64,000 nucleotides of DNA from a virus, in IMG/VR virus record IMGVR_UViG_3300025789_001553, positions 18,477 through 82,476 of that record, one strand, 5' to 3'. A program made the translations under genes and the position numbers. The notes under the pieces were generated by a model. The model saw only the letters and a program-made list of their open reading frames with translations, ran no database searches and was not told the origin of the DNA. Shown here piece by piece: positions 48,461 through 57,727 of the stretch. Positions within the stretch are counted from its first letter, which is position 1. Each line of letters begins with the position of its first letter.

Positions 48461-49522
48461 TTAATACTTACGCAAATAGAACGTATTTCTCTGTGAATCA
48501 AATCCAATCTCTATATTACTTGTACTAAGCTTACGAGGATGACCGGATTTAATTTTATTTATATCCAATCCATAACGCATGATAATTTCATTAGCTTTAT
48601 TATGGGTTATCGGGCCAGCTCCAAATTCCTTCTTTTTAAGGTTATGTACTGGTACAGTATCGTCTTTCTTTTTCTTGTGCATTTGAGCTACTATACCAAT
48701 ATTTCTAATTTTATCAGAACCCAAGCTACCTAATTTACTCATACCCGCACCGAGTTGTTGATGGCGAGGACCTCGTTTATTAGTAATACCCATAAACGAT
48801 TTAAAATTCATTTCCTGTAAACGCTGTACACTATCTAATGATAATTTCTTATCTTTCTTTGCAAGTATACCTTGTACAAGTCTTTCCACGTCTCCTGATC
48901 TACGTAGTTTTTTGAAAGCAAGGTTTTCAGGTGAAAACTCTCCACCTTTGTCTAAACCAGCTTTTCTGAGTTCCATGAACTTTTCTTTAGCTTTTTCAGC
49001 ACATTCTACATCACATTCATCACTTAAAGCAAAATTAATCATATCTAACATCGCTTGTTTCTTTTTACCAACAAGTGAAAGATCTATTTCTGCTTTTTCT
49101 TTAGTTGCGTTTGGTTTCTTTAACCAATCATCGTTTTTAAGGGAATACACTCCAGTAGAATGGTGCGGTTCATTTATATCTTGTATATAAACCTCTACGT
49201 CATAACCTTTTATAGTAATATCACGTGTTGTGTTCCAAACTGTTTTTTTAGCATTAAAATAGTCTTTAAGTAATTCAGTCTCAACTTTATACTCAGTAAA
49301 ATCTGTGATAATGTGTAAATCAAAATCACTATACTTTGTGTAGTTAAAGTTTGCTAATGAACCAGTTAAAGTAATATCTTCAACATCAACTTCAATATCA
49401 ATTGTATCTAAAAATGCTTGAGCAATTTCCAGGAGCTTATCTTTAATTTCTGGCTTTAGCTTGCCATTTTCCCACAATTGCGGGTTAAGCTCATTATGAA
49501 ACTCAAACGTAAGGTTCTCCAT
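48461..49522 (-). CDS. Pol-beta superfamily nucleotidyltransferase
   Basis: LTGSLANFNYTKYSDFDLHI (GS..DxD) and YDVEVY third carboxylate. Confidence 0.8.
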   Translation of the reverse strand: MENLTFEFHNELNPQLWENGKLKPEIKDKLLEIAQAFLDTIDIEVDVEDITLTGSLANFNYTKYSDFDLHIITDFTEYKVETELLKDYFNAKKTVWNTTRDITIKGYDVEVYIQDINEPHHSTGVYSLKNDDWLKKPNATKEKAEIDLSLVGKKKQAMLDMINFALSDECDVECAEKAKEKFMELRKAGLDKGGEFSPENLAFKKLRRSGDVERLVQGILAKKDKKLSLDSVQRLQEMNFKSFMGITNKRGPRHQQLGAGMSKLGSLGSDKIRNIGIVAQMHKKKKDDTVPVHNLKKKEFGAGPITHNKANEIIMRYGLDINKIKSGHPRKLSTSNIEIGFDSQRNTFYLRKY

Positions 49523-49538
49523 GTAAGTTATTACTTAC

Positions 49539-50042
49539 TTAAAACTTATAACTTAGCCTTGTAAAAAAGTCTCCAATAAAGTACAAAGCTTCGTGTATAC
49601 GTCTACGTACCCAACGTACTGGTTTAGTATAAAAGAAATATCTATTAACCCAGCGACTTCTTTCATATAGCATTTCTGCTTTTACTTGATTCCATTTCTC
49701 AATACGTTCAGTATTGTCTACCTTTTCAAACTTAGATACTTCAATTACATCGATTTGCCCTTTAGTGAATGTTGCAGTAAACTCTACCCAACAATCATTA
49801 TTACCTATTTTTTCATTTGGTACATATTCGTAAAATTTAAGGTTACCATGGTAATTTTGATCTTCCCAATTCTTTTCGGATACTTGCAAAAGCAGTCTAC
49901 CGTTTTCGATTTTGTAATTAGCTAAACACTCTATTAACCCCTTAGCTTGAAATGACGTACAGTTATTGGGTAATCCCTCTTCCCACATTTCGTCTGTCCA
50001 AGGCAATTTATCTTTTACTGTTATTGTATCAAACATTCCCAT
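49539..50042 (-). CDS. Phage hypothetical protein (MGMFD type)
   Basis: MGMFDTI..FQAK..YHG..KFY..W.EF.A.F..G. Confidence 0.65.
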   Translation of the reverse strand: MGMFDTITVKDKLPWTDEMWEEGLPNNCTSFQAKGLIECLANYKIENGRLLLQVSEKNWEDQNYHGNLKFYEYVPNEKIGNNDCWVEFTATFTKGQIDVIEVSKFEKVDNTERIEKWNQVKAEMLYERSRWVNRYFFYTKPVRWVRRRIHEALYFIGDFFTRLSYKF

Positions 50043-50095
50043 ACAGTTAATATAGTGTATTTTTGCTAATAATCCATAAGTATTTAGTCTATAGT

Positions 50096-50485
50096 ATGCC
50101 TAACGAACTCAAACTGTTATCAGAAAAATATACTCAAATATTTAAAGAATATGATGCTTCGTGGTCAACCGGTGGTATGGGCGGAACAGCCTATGCAGGT
50201 AGCGAGCAAATGGCAGAAGATGAAGAAAGTGCATTAGACCCACTACAGCCAAGTACAGCTTTAAGTTCCCAACTCGTTGGTTTATTTGATCCGGTTACTT
50301 CTGAAGAAAAGAAACAAACCGACGAAGCTTTAAAAGAACTTGAAACAGTTTTAAATAAAATTACAAAAGATATAGAAAGCTGGCAACACAAATACACAAA
50401 GCTCGGGGCAACCGATACTGTTTCAAGAGAACAATTATTTCAATATATAGCTAAATCAGTTTTAGGTATAAAAAAATTAGACTGA
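50096..50485 (+). CDS. Hypothetical late protein with KLLSEKY leader
   Basis: TAAGTA at 50077-50082, ATG 50096. Confidence 0.65.
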   Translation: MPNELKLLSEKYTQIFKEYDASWSTGGMGGTAYAGSEQMAEDEESALDPLQPSTALSSQLVGLFDPVTSEEKKQTDEALKELETVLNKITKDIESWQHKYTKLGATDTVSREQLFQYIAKSVLGIKKLD

Positions 50486-50486
50486 T

Positions 50487-52130
50487 ATGTTTTCATTTAA
50501 ACAATTTTTTCTTTTAAATGAAGGTGGTGCTGGTGGACATATGCTACACCCGCTCAACTTACCTGAAATTAAAACAGGTAAAGAGCTTTTAGAATTATAT
50601 GAAAAGTCAGCTCATTATCTTGCACTAAAAGGTGCTCCGGTTAAAATTGATGGTACTAACGTTAGTGTGCGGTTAGTAGATACTGAACACGGTAAAGAGT
50701 TTGCTATCTACAGGGGCGCTAAAATAGACATGGAAGGACCTCCCGCTACACTCTCTTATTTAAATACCCGTTTTGCGGAAAACCCAGGTGCAATTAAATC
50801 ATACGAGCAGGTATTAAATATTTTTAACAAAGCCTTACCACAGACAACAAGAGAGCTGAAAGAGTTAGGCTTGTATAATGATCCAAATATTTTCTTTAAT
50901 ACTGAATTTGTAGCTGGTACTTCTAATATAATAGGGTACAATAATAAATTTTTAGCTATTCATTATCCTGCTAAAATTACAGAAAAGTTTAGCGCTAAAA
51001 AAGGTACAAAGAGTTATGGTAGTGAGCATTTACCTTTTAATGCTGATGTTTTAAATGCATATGCTAAAAAAGTTAATGCAGTAGCACAAGAATTTGGTTT
51101 TAATGTTATACATCAGTCTATAGCAAAAATGACTGGTAAGCCTAATTTTAATGCAGCGTTAAGTTCAGAATTAACTATTAATGGTAAAACTAAAACTTTA
51201 AAACAGTGGTTAAGTACAGCTGTTAATCCGGCTAACAAAGTAATTAAAAAATTGGGTGGTGCTAAACCAGTAGCTGGTATTAATCAGGCTCTGTATTTAG
51301 ATGTAGTACAAAACGGGGTTGATATTAACAGTATAGTTGCACCAGAAAGTTTACCGGTTGCTACAAATTGTATTGTATTTTGGCATGCAACAAGATTACT
51401 TGGTAAAGCTATACTTGATGCAATGGACTCAGATTTAGGTAAACCTTCTCAACAAGAAGGTGTTGTTATAAACAACCCAGCTGTATCAGCTTATCAATTT
51501 AAAATAACAGGCGACTTCTTTGTAAGAAACGCTGAAGCAAGCCCCTACAGAAAAGAACCTACTGGTCCTATTAAAACAGCTGTCATAACTTATGGTAGAT
51601 TTAATCCGCCAACTGTTGGACATCAAGCTTTGTTACAAACATTATCTCAAACTGGTGCACAAAATAAAGCTCAATTAACAGCTATATTTCCTTCTCATAC
51701 AATTAATAGAGACAACCCGTTACCTTTTGATCTTAAAGCACAGATATTACAAACTATATCCCCTAAGAACGTTCAAGTATTACCAGACGGTAAGACTCTA
51801 ATGGCAGTGCTTAGTTTCTTAAGTAAAAACGGATATAACAGGGTTATTCATATAGCTGGTTCAGATCGTTTACCTGAATATGAGCGTTTAATTAAACAAT
51901 ACGTAAATAAGCCAGATGCTCATGGAGATATTGCATACAATATACCAGACTACACGTTTGTAAGCTCTGGGGATAGAGATCCAGACGCTGAAGGTGTTAC
52001 TGGTATGAGTGCTTCTAAAGTAAGAGCAGCTGCTCGTGCTAATGATTATAAGTCTTTTAGTGCTGGTATAGCTCAAGGCTTACCCGAACAACTAAAGCAA
52101 TTAGTATTCAATACTATTAAAAATAGTTAA
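50487..52130 (+). CDS. Fusion: ATP-dependent ligase-like domain plus HxGH (cytidylyl/NMN-adenylyl) transferase domain
   Basis: KIDGTN, TEF, QEGVVI, FKI ligase motifs; TYGRFNPPTVGH, NPL, AGSDR, RDPD..GMSASKVR. Confidence 0.75.
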   Translation: MFSFKQFFLLNEGGAGGHMLHPLNLPEIKTGKELLELYEKSAHYLALKGAPVKIDGTNVSVRLVDTEHGKEFAIYRGAKIDMEGPPATLSYLNTRFAENPGAIKSYEQVLNIFNKALPQTTRELKELGLYNDPNIFFNTEFVAGTSNIIGYNNKFLAIHYPAKITEKFSAKKGTKSYGSEHLPFNADVLNAYAKKVNAVAQEFGFNVIHQSIAKMTGKPNFNAALSSELTINGKTKTLKQWLSTAVNPANKVIKKLGGAKPVAGINQALYLDVVQNGVDINSIVAPESLPVATNCIVFWHATRLLGKAILDAMDSDLGKPSQQEGVVINNPAVSAYQFKITGDFFVRNAEASPYRKEPTGPIKTAVITYGRFNPPTVGHQALLQTLSQTGAQNKAQLTAIFPSHTINRDNPLPFDLKAQILQTISPKNVQVLPDGKTLMAVLSFLSKNGYNRVIHIAGSDRLPEYERLIKQYVNKPDAHGDIAYNIPDYTFVSSGDRDPDAEGVTGMSASKVRAAARANDYKSFSAGIAQGLPEQLKQLVFNTIKNS

Positions 52131-52151
52131 ATTTTAATTTAATTTAAACAT

Positions 52152-52186
52152 AAAAAAAGGCTAACGTTTTACTCGTTAGCCTTTTT
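52152..52186. terminator. Bidirectional terminator
   Basis: A7-GGCTAACG-TTTTACT-CGTTAGCC-T5 between convergent genes. Confidence 0.85.
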
Positions 52187-52205
52187 AATTTTAAGCGACT
52201 AATTC

Positions 52206-55200
52206 TTATTTGAATGTCGCGACTGAAGCTAATGCAAGGTAAGTCGAGCTACCTGTCTTCGTTAACGATACTGTGTATACGTCAACCGAATTTGCATTAC
52301 CTGAACTTGGAGCTGTACCACCCTGCCACTTTGGCGTTACTGCACTACCGTCAACTTGTAGAGCTGTCTGATAGTAAGGTGTATTGCCGTTAGTTGTAAG
52401 TAGCGCAATTGTAATTGTCTGACCTGTCGACATTATACTGTTTAGTGTAGTACCGCTGTTACCACGAATATTTAACGTCCAATTATTAGCATTACTATTT
52501 GTGTAGTATTGTATACCTTGTGTTAATACATCGAAGTTAGTTGTACTTGATGGAGCCGAAGCTGTGTTTGTTGTACCTTCAAGTACTGAGTTTTCAGTTA
52601 CATAACCTGTTGCTGTAATATTAGCAAACGTTACATTACTTGTAGTATTTAAGGTTTGGTTAGCGCCCGGGCCTGAATAACCGGACCAGCCAGATGTACC
52701 AGAGTAGCCTGAAGTACCGCTAAAGCCACTATAGCCTGATGTACCAGAATAACCTGATATACCAGAGTAGCCTGAAGTACCGCTAAAGCCTGAGATACCA
52801 CTGTAACCACTGAAGCCGCTTATACCGCTGTAACCAGACGTACCAGAGTAGCCTGAGGTACCGCTAAAGCCTGAGAAGCCAGATGTACCAGAGTAGCCTG
52901 AAGTACCGCTAAAGCCACTATAGCCTGATGTACCAGAATAACCTGATATACCAGAGTAGCCTGAAGTACCGCTAAAGCCTGAGATACCACTGTAACCACT
53001 GAAGCCGCTTATACCGCTGTAACCAGACGTACCAGAGTAGCCTGAAGTACCGCTAAAGCCACTATAGCCTGATGTACCAGAATAACCTGATATACCGCTA
53101 TAACCGCTAAAACCGGAAGTACCGCTAAAGCCTGAGTAACCAGATGTACCGCTGAAGCCACTAAAGCCTGATGTACCAGAATAACCTGAAGTACCGCTAA
53201 AGCCTGAGAAGCCAGAAGTACCAGAGTAGCCCGAAATACCAGAGTATCCCGAGAAGCCTGAATAACCAGATGTACCAGAATAACCCGAAGTGCCAATGCC
53301 AGAATAACCTGAGTAACCAGAAGCACCTGTAGCACCTTGACCGATTGGTGAACGTAATACTGAATAGTTAGTAGTACCGTTATATATGAATGTAGCAGAT
53401 ACTGACGACGAACTTGTTGAGTATGCGTAAACCTGTGTTAAGATTCTGTCTGCTGCATTTAGTGTTGTAATACTATTTGTAGCATAAGATACTTTTTGAT
53501 ATGTTGTAGTTGTATCTGTTACCGCACCAGAATCTGCACTTAATATTAATGTACCTGTACTGCTTGTTGCATTGACCCAAGTATATACTTGGAATACAAA
53601 GTTTGCTGAATTTGAATTTACTTTACGGAAAAATTCAATATCCCACAGACCTGCAGGTATTTCTGTTAGCCCAGGTTCACCAGCTGGTGTTAAATAACCA
53701 TCAATTAATACTGGGCTTGCAAGTGAGCTATTACCGGTAGATACTACAACAACGTCATCGTTTACTGAACCACCGCCTGGTTGTAATGTCAAACTTTCAT
53801 AAGATGTTTGATCACTATCTGTTTCATTGAAGAAGTATGTTCTACCGTATACCGATGCGCCTGTTTGACCAGACCAACCAGATGTACCAGAGTAGCCACT
53901 GATACCGCTAAAGCCACTAATACCAGAGAAGCCGCTAAAGCCTGAAGTACCGCTAAAGCCGCTAAAGCCTGATGTACCAGAATAACCTGATGTACCAGAG
54001 AAGCCTGAGAAGCCAGATGTACCACTATAACCGCTTATACCGGAATAACCGCTAAAGCCTGAGATACCGCTAAAGCCTGAGATACCGCTATAACCGCTTA
54101 TACCGCTAAAGCCTGATGTACCAGAATAACCTGATGTACCAGAGAAGCCTGAGAAGCCAGATGTACCAGAGTAACCTGATGTACCACTATAACCGCTAAA
54201 GCCGCTTATACCGCTAAAGCCTGAAGTACCAGAATAGCCTGAAATACCGCTAAAGCCTGATGTACCAGAATAACCTGATGTACCAGAGAAGCCTGAGAAG
54301 CCAGATGTACCAGAGTAACCTGATGTACCACTATAACCGCTAAAGCCGCTTATACCGCTAAAGCCTGAAGTACCAGAATAGCCTGAAATACCGCTAAAGC
54401 CTGATGTACCAGAATAACCTGATGTACCAGAGAAGCCTGAGAAGCCAGATGTACCAGAGTAACCTGATGTACCACTATAACCGCTAAAGCCTGAAGTACC
54501 AGAGTAGCCTGAAATACCAGACCAACCTGAGAAGCCGGAAGTACCGTCATTACCAGCAAATCCTTGTACGCCAGGATCACCTTGAGGACCACTATAGCCA
54601 CTGTAACCTGACCAACCGCTAATACCGCTATAGCCTGAGATACCACTATAACCGGACCAACCAGATATACCACTATAGCCACTTATACCAGAATACCCAC
54701 TTATACCAGAATAACCTGAAATACCGCTATAACCTGATATACCTATATATCCGCTATAACCTGAGATACCACTGTAACCGGAAATACCTGAATAACCACT
54801 GTACCCGCTTATACCACTATAACCAGAATAACCTGACGAAGCAGAAGCACCGTTAGCGCCAGAGTAACCAGAATAGCCTGAGTAGCCTTGCAAGTTTGCG
54901 CCACTCATTGAAATTGTACCTGTAACTTCGAAGTTACCGTCAAAGTGAATTGTGTTGCCTACTTGTGTTACTAAGCTATTACCAAGTGTTTGATTACTTG
55001 TCCATAATGCAAGGTAACCGCTTGTACCGTTGTTTGTAGAACCGATTTGAGTTGCTGGATATTCAACTACAACACCTGTTGAATCGCTTGTAGCGATTAA
55101 CATTGGCTTAATGAACGAGCCACTTAATGAAGGAGCTGTATCTGTTAATGCACCAGCTGTTTGATCAGATAGGTAATAACCGTAACCATCTGTTAAACCA

Positions 55201-57614
55201 GAGAGGTTTGAAATTTGACCGTTGTATACGATTGTAAACTGACTTCCTGTTGCGTCTTGTACGATACCAATTGCATCAACAGTAGAAATACTGTCTGCTT
55301 TTGCACGTAGGTACGAACCACTCTGATCTCTGTAAATTACAGTACCAGGTGTAAAGTCGTTTGAATATGGAATTGTTAATTGTAATGTTGCGTCAGCACC
55401 ACTGATACCAGACCAACCAGAGTAGCCTGAGTAACCAGAAATACCTGACCAACCGCTAATACCGGACCAGCCGCTATAGCCACTGATACCAGAGTAACCT
55501 GAAATACCAGACCAGCCAGAGTAACCGGAAATACCAGATATACCTGACCAACCGCTAATACCGCTAAAGCCGGACCAGCCACTTATGCCAGACCAACCGG
55601 ATATACCAGACCAGCCTGACCAACCTGAAATACCGGAGTAGCCAGAAGTACCGCTGAAGCCGCTAATGCCAGACCAGCCACTATAACCGCTAATACCTGA
55701 CCAACCAGACCAGCCTGAAATACCAGACCAGCCACTAAAGCCAGAAATGCCTGACCAACCTGAGGTACCGCTAAAGCCTGAAATACCAGACCAGCCAGAA
55801 ATACCTGACCAACCTGAAATACCAGAGTAGCCTGATGTACCAGAGAAGCCTGAAATACCAGACCAGCCGCTATAACCGCTAATACCAGACCAACCGGAGT
55901 AGCCAGAAATACCTGACCAACCGCTTATGCCAGACCAACCTGAGGTACCAGAGAAGCCTGAAATACCGCTCCAACCTGAAATACCGCTAAAGCCTGACCA
56001 ACCAGAAATACCGCTATAGCCAGATGTACCGCTAAAGCCCGATATACCGGAGTAGCCTGAGAAGCCACTAATACCGCTCCAGCCCGAAGTGCCAGAGAAA
56101 CCGCTAATACCAGACCAGCCAGAGATACCTGACCAACCTGAAATACCGGACCAGCCGCTATAACCAGACGTACCAGAGTAACCGCTGTAACCACTAATAC
56201 CAGAGAAGCCGCTAAAGCCTGATGTACCAGAATAGCCTGAAATACCGCTAAAGCCACTAATACCAGACCAGCCAGAAATACCGCTAAAGCCAGACCAGCC
56301 GCTAATACCTGACCAACCTGAAATACCGGACCAACCGGATATACCAGACCAACCAGAGAAGCCTGAGTCACCTTTTACTTGGCCAACGTTTGCCCATACA
56401 CCATTACCGTATACCCATAAATCGCCAGATGCTTCATCAATAACACCATTACCATTAACTGCGCTTGGGTAAGCTGTATTTAATGTTGTTTGAGGATCGA
56501 CTCCGACTGTAGGAACTGTACCAATAATAGTTACTGACGTACCATTTGTACCAGAGTAACCAGAGAAGCCTGAAATACCAGACCAACCTGAAATACCTGA
56601 CCAACCGGAGTAACCGCTAATACCGCTAAAGCCACTAATACCAGACCAGCCAGAAATACCTGACCAACCGCTTACGCCGCTATAACCAGAGAAGCCAGAA
56701 ATGCCTGACCAACCAGAGAAGCCTGAAATACCGCTAAAGCCTGAGAAGCCAGACGTACCACTGAAGCCTGAAATACCAGACCAGCCTGAGATACCACTCC
56801 AGCCACTAATACCAGACCAACCTGAAATACCGCTTACGCCAGACCAACCAGAGTAGCCTGAATAACCAGACCAACCAGAAATGCCTGACCAACCAGAGAA
56901 GCCTGAGGTACCAGAATAACCTGAAGTACCGCTAAAGCCTGAAATACCACTAAAGCCGCTAAAGCCTGATATACCAGACCAACCGGAAATACCAGAAATA
57001 CCAGACCAACCGGAAATACCGGACCAGCCTGACGTACCGCTGAAGCCAGAAATGCCTGACCAACCAGAGATACCACTAAAGCCTGAGAAGCCAGACGTAC
57101 CAGAATAACCCGAAATACCGCTCCAGCCTGATGTACCAGAATAACCGCTTATACCAGACCAGCCAGAAATACCTGACCAACCGCTTATGCCAGACCAACC
57201 AGAGATACCACTCCAGCCTGATGTACCGCTAAAGCCCGAAATACCGGACCAGCCTGAAATACCACTAAAGCCTGAGAAGCCAGATGTGCCTGAATAACCC
57301 GATTGTCCAGACCAACCTGAGAAGCCGCTGAAGCCAGAAATACCTGACCAACCAGACCAGCCTGAAATACCTGACCAACCAGAAATACCGCTCCAGCCTG
57401 AAAAGCCTGATGTACCGCTGTAACCAGATGTACCGCTAAAGCCAGATATACCGCTCCAGCCACTATAGCCAGAGATACCAGACCAGCCTGAGATACCAGA
57501 TACACCAGACCAGCCACTATAACCGGACACACCGGAACCAGAGTAACCAGAGAAACCTGATACACCGATTGGATTATAAACTGCAGAAAAAGCGCCTCGA
57601 TTGGGTAATGACAT
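52206..57614 (-). CDS. Giant fibre protein with Ser-Gly-X tripeptide repeats (1802 aa)
   Basis: Four SG[YFWIT] blocks separated by globular domains; C-terminal KWQGGTAP..GNA.SVDVY fibre-type domain; TATAAATA at 57638-57645. Confidence 0.8.
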   Translation of the reverse strand: MSLPNRGAFSAVYNPIGVSGFSGYSGSGVSGYSGWSGVSGISGWSGISGYSGWSGISGFSGTSGYSGTSGFSGWSGISGWSGISGWSGWSGISGFSGFSGWSGQSGYSGTSGFSGFSGISGWSGISGFSGTSGWSGISGWSGISGWSGISGWSGISGYSGTSGWSGISGYSGTSGFSGFSGISGWSGISGFSGTSGWSGISGWSGISGISGWSGISGFSGFSGISGFSGTSGYSGTSGFSGWSGISGWSGYSGYSGWSGVSGISGWSGISGWSGISGWSGISGFSGTSGFSGFSGISGFSGWSGISGFSGYSGVSGWSGISGWSGISGFSGISGYSGWSGISGWSGISGFSGYSGTNGTSVTIIGTVPTVGVDPQTTLNTAYPSAVNGNGVIDEASGDLWVYGNGVWANVGQVKGDSGFSGWSGISGWSGISGWSGISGWSGFSGISGWSGISGFSGISGYSGTSGFSGFSGISGYSGYSGTSGYSGWSGISGWSGISGWSGISGFSGTSGWSGISGFSGYSGISGFSGTSGYSGISGWSGFSGISGWSGISGFSGTSGWSGISGWSGISGYSGWSGISGYSGWSGISGFSGTSGYSGISGWSGISGWSGISGFSGTSGWSGISGFSGWSGISGWSGWSGISGYSGWSGISGFSGTSGYSGISGWSGWSGISGWSGISGWSGFSGISGWSGISGISGYSGWSGISGYSGISGYSGWSGISGWSGISGYSGYSGWSGISGADATLQLTIPYSNDFTPGTVIYRDQSGSYLRAKADSISTVDAIGIVQDATGSQFTIVYNGQISNLSGLTDGYGYYLSDQTAGALTDTAPSLSGSFIKPMLIATSDSTGVVVEYPATQIGSTNNGTSGYLALWTSNQTLGNSLVTQVGNTIHFDGNFEVTGTISMSGANLQGYSGYSGYSGANGASASSGYSGYSGISGYSGYSGISGYSGISGYSGYIGISGYSGISGYSGISGYSGISGYSGISGWSGYSGISGYSGISGWSGYSGYSGPQGDPGVQGFAGNDGTSGFSGWSGISGYSGTSGFSGYSGTSGYSGTSGFSGFSGTSGYSGTSGFSGISGYSGTSGFSGISGFSGYSGTSGYSGTSGFSGFSGTSGYSGTSGFSGISGYSGTSGFSGISGFSGYSGTSGYSGTSGFSGFSGTSGYSGTSGFSGISGYSGISGFSGISGFSGYSGISGYSGTSGFSGFSGTSGYSGTSGFSGFSGTSGFSGFSGISGFSGISGYSGTSGWSGQTGASVYGRTYFFNETDSDQTSYESLTLQPGGGSVNDDVVVVSTGNSSLASPVLIDGYLTPAGEPGLTEIPAGLWDIEFFRKVNSNSANFVFQVYTWVNATSSTGTLILSADSGAVTDTTTTYQKVSYATNSITTLNAADRILTQVYAYSTSSSSVSATFIYNGTTNYSVLRSPIGQGATGASGYSGYSGIGTSGYSGTSGYSGFSGYSGISGYSGTSGFSGFSGTSGYSGTSGFSGFSGTSGYSGFSGTSGFSGYSGISGYSGTSGYSGFSGTSGYSGTSGYSGISGFSGYSGISGFSGTSGYSGISGYSGTSGYSGFSGTSGYSGTSGFSGFSGTSGYSGTSGYSGISGFSGYSGISGFSGTSGYSGISGYSGTSGYSGFSGTSGYSGTSGWSGYSGPGANQTLNTTSNVTFANITATGYVTENSVLEGTTNTASAPSSTTNFDVLTQGIQYYTNSNANNWTLNIRGNSGTTLNSIMSTGQTITIALLTTNGNTPYYQTALQVDGSAVTPKWQGGTAPSSGNANSVDVYTVSLTKTGSSTYLALASVATFK
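52690..53080. repeat. ~2 near-exact copies of a 189-bp unit inside the fibre gene
   Basis: CAGATGTACCAGAGTAGCCTGAAG recurs at 52691 and 52880 with identical continuation. Confidence 0.75.
54103..54491. repeat. ~2.7 exact copies of a 144-bp unit inside the fibre gene
   Basis: CCGCTAAAGCCTGATGTACCAGAATAACC at 54103, 54247 and 54391. Confidence 0.85.
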
Positions 57615-57656
57615 AAATTTATTGGGTTATTACAAATTATTTATATCTTTTAAGTG

Positions 57657-57685
57657 GGCTTTTTAATAATTTATTATAAAAAGCC
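57657..57685. terminator. AT-rich hairpin, possible terminator
   Basis: GGCTTTTT...AAAAAGCC. Confidence 0.45.
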
Positions 57686-57727
57686 TTAATTTAGTTTTAA
57701 ACTAAATATATCCCGAACAGCTTAAGA

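Noticed and set aside
53009-57565. Several Val/Leu/Ala-rich alternative-frame ORFs, and a possible CRISPR-like array
   Set aside because: Shadows of the 9-nt SG-X coding periodicity; no constant repeat with unique spacers
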